Shown: positions 43,748 through 56,357, counted from the first letter of the stretch. The stretch is 64,000 bases of DNA from Alphaproteobacteria bacterium (GCA_965221125.1 CBDCRW010000007.1:608001-672000); one strand, 5' to 3'. Notes: generated by a model from the sequence alone, not told the origin. Numbers and translations: made by a program.

Positions 43748-43865
43748 AGTGAGACAACGCGAGACAAGGTGAGATTCAAAGCGAGACAAGGCGAGATGAA
43801 AGTGAGATGAAAGTGAGACAAGCCGAGATGAAAGTGAGACAAGCCGAGACAAAGCGAGACAAAAT
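43748..43865. repeat. Tandem array of 11 degenerate 10-12 bp units with a GAGA(C/T) core
   Basis: Cores at 43751, 43761, 43771, 43783, 43793, 43804, 43815, 43825, 43836, 43846, 43856. Confidence 0.92.
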
Positions 43866-44149
43866 GAACCGAAGCGGACCGGGGCGGCGGGCCGCGTCCG
43901 CGAAGAAAACCGTTCCCGCTCAATGGGTTACGGGCGCGGGGGGCAGCGCCAGCGCCCGAAGGGCCGCGCACGCGGATACGGACATATTTTTTTCCAGCGC
44001 GCAGAAGCGCGATGCGGTGGCGGGCAGGCAGGAGTGCGATCGGTTCATGGCGCCATACTGACGCGGGCGGCGTGCGCCGTGCACCGCACCATGGTCCGGG
44101 CCCCGCGCGCCTGAACAGTGGCGCGCGCAGGTTGATGCCATGAAAAACA

Positions 44150-44265
44150 CCCCCACCTCTCCCTGTCCCTCTCCGCCCCCAGGGGCGGAGAGGGGACGCA
44201 AGCCGCAGCCACCTTTGCTCCCTCTCCTCCCCGCCGGGGAGGAGAGGGCCGGGGTGAGGTGGGGG
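44150..44265. repeat. REP-like inverted doublet (CCCTCTCC...GGAGAGGG hairpins)
   Basis: Hairpins at 44167-44194 and 44220-44248 inside the outer inverted repeat CCCCACCTC...GAGGTGGGG. Confidence 0.8.
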
Positions 44266-44275
44266 ATTCTTTTCT

Positions 44276-44382
44276 GGCCGCTTGACGCGCAGGCGCCGGC
44301 AGGCGCGCGGAATCAAAAACCGGCCGGCTGCCGTGAGCGACAAAGACTCAGAGCGTTTCCGTGCAAAACGGAAACGCTCTAA
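44276..44382. repeat. Dispersed intergenic repeat, copy 2 (3' part plus hairpin)
   Basis: CGCCGGCAGGCGCGCG shared with copy 3; GCCGGCTGCCGTGAGCGA and the 31-bp hairpin at 44350-44380 identical to copy 1. Confidence 0.85.
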
Positions 44383-45995
44383 CCCGACCTATTCATGGAC
44401 TGCCTTGCACTTGATGCTCGGTTGATTGGGCGCGTCGGGGCCTGACGCGGTTTGGCGTCGGGAACTGAGGATGGTCGTTATCGGGTTGATGGTTTATGGA
44501 GCCTGGGTGATTGGGGCACGCCGCCCCGTCGCTCATGGGCCTGCTGCGGCGAGGCGGCCTGCGAGCAGGCGGAAGAGGGCGGCGTCGGGGCAGGCCGAGG
44601 CGAAGTGGATGCGGATGCGGGTGGCCTTCTCGATGACGCGGGCACCGATCTTGAGGAGGCGCAGCCTGAGGGTTGCAAACTCTGCACGGGCGAGCGGCGC
44701 GGCGCGGGGAATGGCGTCGCGCAGCGCGAGCATGAGCCAGTAGGCTGCGGTGTGGAGGACCAGCCTGAGCTGATTGGCGAGCGGGCTCTGGCAGGAGGTG
44801 CGGTCCGAGGCGAGCTGGCCCTTGTGCATCTTGATCAGGTTCTCGGCCTGGCCGCGGGCGCAGTAGATGTCTTCGTAGAGATGGCGGGGCTCGCCCTTGA
44901 GTGAGGTGACGACATAGCGGGCATCGAAGCCGCGGGTGCTCGCCTCGAGCCGGGCGACGACCCGGCGTTCGCAGCTCCAGGAGCGGGCGGCGTAGTCGAA
45001 GGCGGTGAAGCTGCGCATCCTGTCTGCGCCGGCCTTGGCGCGGCGCACCTTGAGATCGTCGGCCATCTCGTATGCGAGCGCGTGCAGCGCGCGGTTGCCC
45101 GCGAGGCCGAAGATGTAGTCGACCCCGTTCTCCTCGCACCAGGCCATGGCTTCCGGGCGGCCGTAGTGGCTGTCTCCGCGGAAGACGATCCGGGTGTGCG
45201 GCCAGTGGCGGCGGATGCGGCGGACCAGATGCTTGATGAGGGTGCGGACCTCAGGGCCCGACGGCGTCTTGCCCGGGCGCAGGAGGACCGCCACCGGCTT
45301 GCCGCTTTCCACATGGTAGACGTGGACGGGCAGGAAGCAGCGCGTGTCGTAATGAGCGTTGAAGAGCGAGAGCTGCTGGTGGCCGTGCACCGCATCGCAG
45401 GTGTCGTCGATGTCAAGGGTTATGGCGGCGGGAGGGGCTTGGAAGCTGCGGCAGAAGAGATCGACCAGCGCCGCCGTCATGCGCGCCACCTCGATACGAG
45501 ACGGCGCGTTCTCCAGGCGGCTCATGGTCGGCTGGGAGCAGAGTGCGCGGCCGCTCTCCGGCGCCTTGCCTGAGGCCAGCTTGAACAGAGGGTCCGCGCG
45601 CAGCGCGTCGCAGTCGTCGGCATCTTCGTAGCCACACGCAATGGCGAACATGCGGAAGCGCAGCATGGCCGAGAGCGAGTGGATCACCTGCGCCTGCTTG
45701 CGCCGGTCGCGGATGCAGCCGGCCAGGGTCTCGGCCAGGCGCAAGCTGCGTTCCGCCTCACGAAGCAGGACGAGGCCGCCGTCAGACGAGATCAGGCCGC
45801 CGTCGAAGGCGGCGCTCACCTTCTTGCGTTGGACGCTTGGCAGATCGAAGGGAAGAAGACTATCGTCGGTCATGGCGGGCGTGGCATTTTCGTTGTTCGG
45901 AGAGGAAGACGCCTCGGCAACGAATTCCTACCCGATGGCAACGACTTACGCTACGTCCGCCACCCCAAAACCAGACCTGCCATGAATAATTCGGG
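44383..45995 (-). mobile_element. Insertion sequence, IS1380 family
   Basis: TIRs CCCGACCTATTCATG (44383) and CATGAATAATTCGGG (ending 45995); 4-bp direct repeat CTAA at 44379-44382 and 45996-45999. Confidence 0.92.
44533..45873 (-). CDS. IS1380 family transposase
   Basis: FDGGLISSDGG, GYEDADD, SQPTMSRLEN, LDIDDT, RGDS, RGQAENLIK. Confidence 0.95.
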   Translation of the reverse strand: MTDDSLLPFDLPSVQRKKVSAAFDGGLISSDGGLVLLREAERSLRLAETLAGCIRDRRKQAQVIHSLSAMLRFRMFAIACGYEDADDCDALRADPLFKLASGKAPESGRALCSQPTMSRLENAPSRIEVARMTAALVDLFCRSFQAPPAAITLDIDDTCDAVHGHQQLSLFNAHYDTRCFLPVHVYHVESGKPVAVLLRPGKTPSGPEVRTLIKHLVRRIRRHWPHTRIVFRGDSHYGRPEAMAWCEENGVDYIFGLAGNRALHALAYEMADDLKVRRAKAGADRMRSFTAFDYAARSWSCERRVVARLEASTRGFDARYVVTSLKGEPRHLYEDIYCARGQAENLIKMHKGQLASDRTSCQSPLANQLRLVLHTAAYWLMLALRDAIPRAAPLARAEFATLRLRLLKIGARVIEKATRIRIHFASACPDAALFRLLAGRLAAAGP

Positions 45996-47948
<1,953 letters not shown>

Positions 47949-48131
47949 GGCTCCTCCGCTGCTGCCGCGCCGTCATAGCAGGCTCGCCCGCCGAACGGGA
48001 GACCCGCCGAGCGGGAGACCCGTCAAGCGATGCGCGGAGGCGGAACCATCGCTGGAGCCATTTGCCAACGCGCCCTGTAAGCTTGTATGTGCTTCGTTCT
48101 CAAAGATCGCCTTGCGAGACGAGAGGCACCG

Positions 48132-48494
48132 ATGATTTCCGCCGTGGCCGAGCGCACCGCCGACATCCAGCGTCTTTGCGGGCGGCATCGCGTGCAGAGG
48201 CTCGCCGTGTTCGGCTCGGCGGCGACCGGAGAGCACCGCGCCGGCACGAGCGACTTCGATTTCGTGGTGGAGTTCCCGCCGCTGCCGGCCGGCGCGTATG
48301 CGGACGGCTATTTCGGCCTGCTGGAGGACCTGGAGCGGCTGCTCGGGGGTCCGGTGGAGCTGGTCGTCGGCTCCGCCATCCAAAACCCGTTCTTTCGCCA
48401 GTCGGTCGAGCGGACCAGCGCGCTGCTCTATGAAGCCAGAAGCCCAAGTTTGAGAGTTACCCAATTAACTACAATTCCGGATCAAGAGATGTAG
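48132..48494 (+). CDS. Minimal nucleotidyltransferase (MntA-like antitoxin), C-terminus extended into foreign DNA
   Basis: LAVFGSAA..SDFDFVVEF (GS-x-DxD), LERLLGGPVELV, NPFFRQSV...LYEA. Confidence 0.85.
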   Translation: MISAVAERTADIQRLCGRHRVQRLAVFGSAATGEHRAGTSDFDFVVEFPPLPAGAYADGYFGLLEDLERLLGGPVELVVGSAIQNPFFRQSVERTSALLYEARSPSLRVTQLTTIPDQEM

Positions 48495-48512
48495 GGGGGC
48501 GTCAGGGTATAC

Positions 48513-49122
48513 ATGGACGACGCACGACCGAAAAAATGGAATCGGCTTATGAAATGGTTGCGCAAATATTCAGAGATTCCAAATTGGGTATTGGTAGCTA
48601 TAGGTGGTATCGGCCTGATCTTTGCGGCCATACAAACTTACCATGGCTGGATCATCAGTGGAGACATATACGAGCAACAGCGACCGCGCCTTTCTCTACG
48701 GCTGGATATTGAGCAAATGGATGGTCCCGCGGGGCTTCGGATAATTGGCCCTCTCGAGATCGGGGGAACCACGGACGCGCGGCGGGTATAGGGTCAAGAA
48801 TTACGTTACCCCGGACAAACCCAAGCAGCGCGATTACATTGCTACTATCGATGTGGATTGGAATGGTAGGGAGGGTCACTTGCTCGGTGACGTGTCCACC
48901 ACCGAGGTAGGGAGACGAATTGTCGCCGCGCCCCTAACGCCGCAACAAATTGAGACGATCGACTCTGAGGAGGAATCTCTCTATTTCATTGCGAGGATCG
49001 AATACTGTGACAACAATGACGACTGTTACTACTTCATGAGGTGTGCCGAAATTGATAATTCCGGATTCGCTGATACTCTCGTCTACTGTGGTACTCGTTC
49101 GGATGTTCTGATAAGAGACTGA
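48513..49122 (+). pseudogene. Low-GC hypothetical single-TM protein split into two overlapping frames
   Basis: ORF 48513..48791 (N-terminal TM NWVLVAIGGIGLIFAAIQ) overlaps ORF 48745..49122; AT-rich codon usage. Confidence 0.55.
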
Positions 49123-49142
49123 AGTCGGTCAAGTTAACTCCA

Positions 49143-49304
49143 GTGACCGGATGCTGTCGCATCGTCGCCTTCCGCAACATCCTTATCCACGGCTACGCAG
49201 ACGTGGACAATCGTCTGGTGTGGGATGTCGTGGAAACGAAGCTCCCGATCCTGCGTCGCGATGTCGAAGCGCTGTTGCGAGAGTCCGGAATCGAACCCGA
49301 CTGA
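49143..49304 (+). pseudogene. C-terminal fragment of a HepT/DUF86 HEPN ribonuclease toxin
   Basis: Manual translation VTGCCRIVAFRNILIHGYADVDNRLVWDVVETKLPILRRDVEALLRESGIEPD*; R-x4-H HEPN motif. Confidence 0.85.
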
Positions 49305-49362
49305 TCGGCCAGCCTCGTATCGGCCTCGGTGTCGACGACAGGCGCCTCGGCAATATTCCCTA

Positions 49363-49391
49363 TTGAAAGCGGACCGGATTCGTCCTATATG
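49363..49391 (+). promoter_or_regulatory. Putative suf operon promoter with an internal dyad
   Basis: TTGAAA-N17-TATATG; the spacer contains GGAC-N7-GTCC. Confidence 0.5.
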
Positions 49392-49444
49392 CCGGTCACG
49401 CACACGCCCAGGCAGGGGCGAGGCGATTGCGAGGGGGTACACAC

Positions 49445-49905
49445 ATGATCCGCGTCAGCCGCATGGCCGACTATGGCGTCGTGGCCATGACCCACATCGC
49501 GCGCGATCCCCGCGCCAGGCACACCGCGGCGAGCATCGCGGCGCAGACCGGCGTGCCCCAGCCGAGCGCGAGCAAGCTCCTGAAACTGCTGGCGAAAGCC
49601 GGCATCGTGACCTCCCACCGGGGAGTCAAGGGCGGCTACGTGCTGGCGCACGCGCCGGAGCAGGTCTCGGTGGCGGACCTCGTCGCCGCCGTGGACGGGC
49701 CGATCTCCCTCGCCGATTGCCTCGACGGCCCCTCCGGCATCTGCGAGCTGGAGAGCTTTTGCTCGGTGCGCGGGCCCTGGCAGAAGATCAGCGACGCGAT
49801 CCGCGTGGCGCTGGAGGAAGTGACCCTCGCCGACATGGCCCATGCGGCGGAGGGCGCCGGTGCCGCGCCCGCGCAGGCTGAGACCGCCGGGCGGGAGCAC
49901 GCGTC

Positions 49906-49909
<4 letters not shown>
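49445..49909 (+). CDS. SUF system Rrf2/IscR-like transcriptional regulator
   Basis: [11 protein letters not shown] winged helix, three Cys ([15 protein letters not shown]). Confidence 0.92.
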
Positions 49910-51369
<1,460 letters not shown>

Positions 51370-51422
51370 GGTGGCGCCGGATACCCGTTTCAACCCGCAT
51401 TTCAACGAGTAAGCCGAAAATC

Positions 51423-52181
51423 ATGCTGACGATTGAGAACCTGCACGCGACCGCCGACGGCAAGCCGATCCTGAACGGCCTCGACCTCCGGGTGAATGCG
51501 GGCGAGGTGCACGCGGTCATGGGACCCAACGGCTCGGGCAAGAGCACGCTCTCCTACGTCATCGCCGGGCGCGAGGGCTATGAGGTGACGCAAGGCTCGA
51601 TCACCTACCGGGGCCGGGACCTGCTCGCCATGAGCGTGGAGGAGCGCGCGCTCTCCGGCGTCTTCCTCGCCTTCCAGTACCCGGTCGAGATCCCGGGCGT
51701 GGGCAGCGCCACCTTCCTCAAGACGGCGGTGAACGCCGCCCGCGCCCATCGCGGCGAGAAGGAATACGACGCGATGGAGTTCCTCAAGCTGGTCCGGGCG
51801 AAGCGCGCGGACCTCGGCATCGAGGACGGCATGATGCGCCGCGCGCTCAACGTCGGCTTCTCCGGCGGCGAGAAGAAGCGCAACGAGATGCTGCAGATGG
51901 CGCTGCTGGAGCCTTCTCTCGCCATCCTCGACGAGACCGATTCGGGGCTCGACATCGACGCGCTGAAGGTCGTCGCAGCGGGAATCAACGCCATGCGCAC
52001 GCCCGAGCGCGCAATGGTGGTCATCACCCATTACCAGCGGCTCCTTGACCACGTCGTGCCGGACAAGGTGCACGTGCTCTCCGGCGGGCGCATCGTCCGC
52101 TCCGGCGGCCGGGAGCTTGCGCTCGAGCTGGAGCGGAGCGGCTACGCCGGCCTCGGGCTCGAGCCGAGCGCGGCGGCCTGA
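51423..52181 (+). CDS. sufC: Fe-S cluster assembly ATPase SufC
   Basis: MGPNGSGKST, FQYPVEIPGV, GFSGGEKKRNE, DETDSGLDID. Confidence 0.97.
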   Translation: MLTIENLHATADGKPILNGLDLRVNAGEVHAVMGPNGSGKSTLSYVIAGREGYEVTQGSITYRGRDLLAMSVEERALSGVFLAFQYPVEIPGVGSATFLKTAVNAARAHRGEKEYDAMEFLKLVRAKRADLGIEDGMMRRALNVGFSGGEKKRNEMLQMALLEPSLAILDETDSGLDIDALKVVAAGINAMRTPERAMVVITHYQRLLDHVVPDKVHVLSGGRIVRSGGRELALELERSGYAGLGLEPSAAA

Positions 52182-52196
52182 GCGCGGGTCCGGACA

Positions 52197-53522
52197 ATGG
52201 CCAGCCCGCGGACCATTCCCTTCGCGTACCCCGCGCCCGAAGCGGTCGCAGCGGCGCTGCCGGGCGCGGGCCTGCCCTGGCTCGATGCGCTCCGGGCCGA
52301 GGGGCGCCGCTTGAGCGCGGACGGGCTGCCCGGCACCCGCATGGAAGCGTGGAAGTACACCAGTCTGGCGCCCCTCGCCGCTCTCGACTTCGCGGCGCCG
52401 GCTACGGCGCTGGATGCGAGCGCGGCAGCCGATCCCGGCCCCGGCGCCTTCGCGACCGCAGACGGGCCTGCGCTGGTGTTCGTCAACGGCCGGCTCTCCG
52501 CCCGCCATTCGCGCTTCGACGCCCTGCCGCCGGGCCTCCGCATCGTCGGGCTGGCGCAAGGTCTGGCGGACGACCCGGCGCAGGTCGAGGCGCTGCTCGG
52601 CGAGGCCGGGCCGCCCAATGGCGATCCCATGGCCGCGTTCAACGCGGCGTTCGCGGCCGACGGCTGCATCGTCGAGGCCGAGCCCGGCGCAGACGTGGCG
52701 CAGCCCGTGACGCTCCGCTTCGTGGCCGCGCCCGGCGACGCGCCGCTCGCCTACCATCCGCGCGTGATCGTGCGGCTCGGCGCGGGCAGCCGGCTCACTC
52801 TTGCCGAATGCCATGAGGGGCCAGCCGGCGGGGCCACCTGGTCCAATCCGCTCACCGACATCCGCATCGGCGAGGGCGCGGCGCTCAGCCACGTCAAGCT
52901 CCAGGTCGAGGGCGCGGGCGCCTACCACACGGCGCTGACCAGGGCGGCGCTGGCGGGGGACGGGCGTTACGAGAGCCACCTGCTGGCCCTCGGCGCACGC
53001 CTCGCGCGCCACGAGATCCATGTCCGCTTCGACGGCGAGGGGGGCCGGTGCGACCTGCGCGGCGGCTACATGGCGCGCGGCAGCCAGCACGTCGACAACA
53101 CCACCGTCATCGACCACGCCGTGCCGCATTGCGAGAGCCGCGAGGTCTACAAGGGTGTGCTCGACGACACCGCGCGCGGCGTCTTCCAGGGCAGGATCGT
53201 CGTGCGTCAGGACGCCCAAAAGACCGACGGCCACCAGCTCAACCGCACGCTGCTGCTCTCGCCCAGGGCCGAGGTCGACACCAAGCCCGAGCTGGAAATC
53301 TACGCCGACGACGTGAAGTGCAGCCACGGCGCGACCGCCGGCGAGCCGGAGGCCGACCAGCTCTTCTACCTGCGCTCGCGCGGCCTCGATCGCAGGACCG
53401 CGCTGGCGCTGATTGTCGAGGGCTTCATGGGCGAGCTGCTGGAGGAGATCGGCCACGAGGCGGTTCGCGCGGCGCTGGCCGCGCGCGTCGCCGGCTGGAT
53501 CGGGGAGGTGCACGAGGCATGA
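52197..53522 (+). CDS. sufD: Fe-S cluster assembly protein SufD
   Basis: EAWKYT, AQKTDG, KPELEIYADDVKCSHGAT. Confidence 0.96.
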   Translation: MASPRTIPFAYPAPEAVAAALPGAGLPWLDALRAEGRRLSADGLPGTRMEAWKYTSLAPLAALDFAAPATALDASAAADPGPGAFATADGPALVFVNGRLSARHSRFDALPPGLRIVGLAQGLADDPAQVEALLGEAGPPNGDPMAAFNAAFAADGCIVEAEPGADVAQPVTLRFVAAPGDAPLAYHPRVIVRLGAGSRLTLAECHEGPAGGATWSNPLTDIRIGEGAALSHVKLQVEGAGAYHTALTRAALAGDGRYESHLLALGARLARHEIHVRFDGEGGRCDLRGGYMARGSQHVDNTTVIDHAVPHCESREVYKGVLDDTARGVFQGRIVVRQDAQKTDGHQLNRTLLLSPRAEVDTKPELEIYADDVKCSHGATAGEPEADQLFYLRSRGLDRRTALALIVEGFMGELLEEIGHEAVRAALAARVAGWIGEVHEA

Positions 53523-54787
53523 GCACCGCTCCCGCCCGGCGCGTCGATCGCCCCGCCGCCGTGCCTGCGCCCTTCGACGCCGATCGCGTGCGCGCGGACT
53601 TCCCGATCCTCTCGCGCACCGTTCGCGGCAAGCCGCTGGTCTTCCTCGACAGCGGCGCCAGCGCCCAGAAGCCGCGCGCGGTGATCGATGCCATCTCGCA
53701 GTGCTACGAGGCCGAGTACGCCAACATCCACCGCGGCGTCTACGAGCTGAGCGCGAAAGCCACCGAGGCCTACGAGGGCGCACGCGCCCGCGTGCAGCGC
53801 TTCGTCAACGCCCGCTCGGCGGGCGAGATCGTGTTCACCAAGGGCGCGACGGAGGCGATCAACCTGGTCGCGACGAGCTGGGGCGGGACCTTTCTCGGTG
53901 AAGGCGACGAGGTCGTGCTCTCGATGCTGGAGCACCACGCCAACATCGTGCCCTGGCAGCTCCTGCGCGAGCGGACCGGCATCGTCCTCAAGGTGGTGCC
54001 GACCGACGAGCAGGGCGCCTTCCTGCTCGATGCCTACGAGGCGCTGGTCGGCCCGCGCACGAAGCTGGTGGCGCTCACCCACGTCTCCAACGCGCTCGGC
54101 ACCGTGACGCCGGTGGGCGAGGTCGTGCGCATCGCCCGTGCGTACGGCGCCCTGGTGCTGCTCGACGGCGCCCAGGGCATCGTGCACTGCCCGGTCGACG
54201 TGCAGGCGATGGACGTGGACTTCTACTGCTTCTCCGGCCACAAGCTCTACGGGCCAAGCGGCATCGGCGTGCTCTACGGCAGGGAGGCGCTGCTCGCCGC
54301 CATGCCGCCCTGGCAGGGCGGCGGCGACATGATCGAGCGGGTGACCTTCGAGCGGACGACCTACGCCCCGCCGCCCGCGCGCTTCGAGGCCGGCACGCCG
54401 CCCATCGCGGCGGCCGTCGGCCTTCATGCCGCGATCGACTATGTGGCGTCGTTCGATCCGGCCGCGGTGGCCGCCCACGAGCACGACCTGCTGGCATACG
54501 CGACCGAGCGGCTCGGCGCCCTCAACAGCATCCGCCTCTACGGCACCGCGCCCGGCAAGGCCGCCATCATCTCGTTCACCATGGACGGCGTGCATCCGCA
54601 CGATATCGGCACGATCCTCGACATGGCAGGCGTTGCCGTCCGCGTCGGCCATCACTGCGCCCAGCCGCTGATGGACCACTTCGACATCGCGGGCACCGTG
54701 CGGGCCTCCTTCGGCCTCTACAACACGCGCGCCGACGTCGACCGCCTGATCGACGGGCTCGACGAGGTGCGGGAGATCTTCGGCTGA
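53519..54787 (+). CDS. sufS: Cysteine desulfurase SufS
   Basis: LDSGASAQKP, SGHKLYGP, RVGHHCAQP. Confidence 0.96.
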   Translation: MSTAPARRVDRPAAVPAPFDADRVRADFPILSRTVRGKPLVFLDSGASAQKPRAVIDAISQCYEAEYANIHRGVYELSAKATEAYEGARARVQRFVNARSAGEIVFTKGATEAINLVATSWGGTFLGEGDEVVLSMLEHHANIVPWQLLRERTGIVLKVVPTDEQGAFLLDAYEALVGPRTKLVALTHVSNALGTVTPVGEVVRIARAYGALVLLDGAQGIVHCPVDVQAMDVDFYCFSGHKLYGPSGIGVLYGREALLAAMPPWQGGGDMIERVTFERTTYAPPPARFEAGTPPIAAAVGLHAAIDYVASFDPAAVAAHEHDLLAYATERLGALNSIRLYGTAPGKAAIISFTMDGVHPHDIGTILDMAGVAVRVGHHCAQPLMDHFDIAGTVRASFGLYNTRADVDRLIDGLDEVREIFG

Positions 54788-55248
54788 TGTCCGAGCTGCG
54801 CGAGCTTTACCAGGAGGTGATCCTCGATCACGGCAAGTCGCCGCGAAACTTCGGCCGGCCGCCGGCGGTGACGGGCGAATCCCACGGCCACAACCCGCTC
54901 TGCGGCGATACGGTGATCGTCTACGTCACGGTCGACGACGGCAAGGTCGCGGACATCGGCTTCGAGGGCAGGGGGTGCGCCATCTCCATGGCGTCGGCCT
55001 CGATGATGACCGAGTTGCTGCGCGGCAAGTCGTTGGGCGAGGTGCAGGCGATGTTCGCCGAGTTCCATGCGCTGGTGGCCTCGGCGGAGCCCGCGTGCGA
55101 GGCCGGCTTCGAGACCCCCGATCTCGACAAGCTGATCGTGCTCGCCGGCGTGCGGGAGTTCCCGATGCGCGTCAAGTGTGCGACGCTTCCCTGGCACACG
55201 ATGAAGGCGGCGCTCGACGGCGAGGGCGAGGAGGTCACGACGGAATGA
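54787..55248 (+). CDS. sufU: SUF system NifU-family protein
   Basis: LYQEVILDH, NPLCGD, GCAIS, RVKCATLPW. Confidence 0.93.
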   Translation: MSELRELYQEVILDHGKSPRNFGRPPAVTGESHGHNPLCGDTVIVYVTVDDGKVADIGFEGRGCAISMASASMMTELLRGKSLGEVQAMFAEFHALVASAEPACEAGFETPDLDKLIVLAGVREFPMRVKCATLPWHTMKAALDGEGEEVTTE

Positions 55249-55796
55249 TGAACCTGTTCCGCAGAAAGCGCCCCGCCGAGCCGGAACCGGCCGCCGAAGC
55301 CGCGCAGGAGGCACCACCCGCCGCGACGGTGCCCGAGCCTTCACCGCCGCCCGCGCCGCAGAGCTACGAGGCGTGGTCGCCGGACGGCCCGCCCGGCGCC
55401 GACGCCGCCGGCGGGCTCGCGCCGCAGCTGGTCGAGGCCGCGCCCGAGGCCGCAGAAACCCTGCCGACTCCGCCTGGCCTCAGCCCCGACCATCCCCTCT
55501 CCGGGCAGATCGCCCGCGCGCTCAGCTCGGTCTACGACCCCGAGATTCCGGTGGACATCTACCAGCTCGGCCTCGTCTACGGCGTGACCTTGAACGAGGC
55601 CAACGACGCCCGCATATCCATGACGTTGACCACGCCCGGCTGCCCGGTCGCCGGCAGCATGCCCGGCATGGTCGAGCACGCCGTCTCCTCCATGGTGGAC
55701 GGCATCGGCGACGTCGACGTCGAGCTGGTGTGGGATCCGCCCTGGAACCCCGACATGATGTCGGAGGCCGCCCAGCTCGAACTCGGCTTCATGTAG
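55245..55796 (+). CDS. sufT: DUF59/SufT Fe-S assembly protein with a Pro/Ala-rich N-terminus
   Basis: VYDPEIPVDIYQLGLVY, MTLTTPGCPVA, WDPPW. Confidence 0.88.
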   Translation: MMNLFRRKRPAEPEPAAEAAQEAPPAATVPEPSPPPAPQSYEAWSPDGPPGADAAGGLAPQLVEAAPEAAETLPTPPGLSPDHPLSGQIARALSSVYDPEIPVDIYQLGLVYGVTLNEANDARISMTLTTPGCPVAGSMPGMVEHAVSSMVDGIGDVDVELVWDPPWNPDMMSEAAQLELGFM

Positions 55797-55822
55797 GCGC
55801 CACGGCCACGCGGACAGGTGCG

Positions 55823-56167
55823 ATGAACGACATACTCACCATCACCGAACGCGCCGCTCAGCGCATCGACCACCTGATGTCGCTCCGGCCCGACGATGCC
55901 GCACCCGCCGTCGGCATCAAGATCGGCGTCAGGAACGCCGGCTGCTCCGGCATGTCGTACACGATGGACTACGCGGAGGAGGTCCCGCCCACCGCCGAGG
56001 TGGTCACGCAGCGCGGGGTCACGGTGGTGGTCGACCCGGCCGCCGTGATGTTCCTGATCGGCACCGAGCTCGACTTCAGCGAGGACAAGCTCAGCGCCAC
56101 CTTCGTCTTCAACAACCCCAACGTCACCAGCATGTGCGGCTGCGGCGAGAGCTTCGCCGTCAATTGA
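55823..56167 (+). CDS. sufA: A-type Fe-S carrier (SufA/IscA)
   Basis: GCSGMSY, NPN...CGCGESF. Confidence 0.92.
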   Translation: MNDILTITERAAQRIDHLMSLRPDDAAPAVGIKIGVRNAGCSGMSYTMDYAEEVPPTAEVVTQRGVTVVVDPAAVMFLIGTELDFSEDKLSATFVFNNPNVTSMCGCGESFAVN

Positions 56168-56280
56168 AGCCGTGCGTGTGCGAAAACGCGAAATTGCAAA
56201 ACGAACCCAATTTCGCATAAGCCCTTGTTGTAGAAAGTAATTTCACCAAATCGCAGGCCCCCGCCTGAGGCCTCCGGCGT

Positions 56281-56357
56281 TGGTCGGGGTGGCCGGATTT
56301 GAACCGGCGACCCTCTGCTCCCAAAGCAGATGCGCTACCTGGCTGCGCCACACCCCG
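56281..56357 (-). tRNA. tRNA-Pro(TGG)
   Basis: Reverse complement CGGGGTG...TCTGC-TTTGGGA-GCAGA...GGTTCAAATCC...CCA. Confidence 0.97.

Noticed and set aside
43748-43865. Possible CRISPR array
   Set aside because: Units are 10-12 bp with no unique spacers, and there are no cas genes in the window
43807-44061. 84-aa ORF starting MKVRQAEMKVRQAE
   Set aside because: Arises from the tandem array; no clear RBS, and the mixed 10/11/12-bp units argue against coding constraint
48445-49140. Integron gene cassette
   Set aside because: No convincing attC (RYYYAAC...GTTRRRY) structure and no integron integrase in the window
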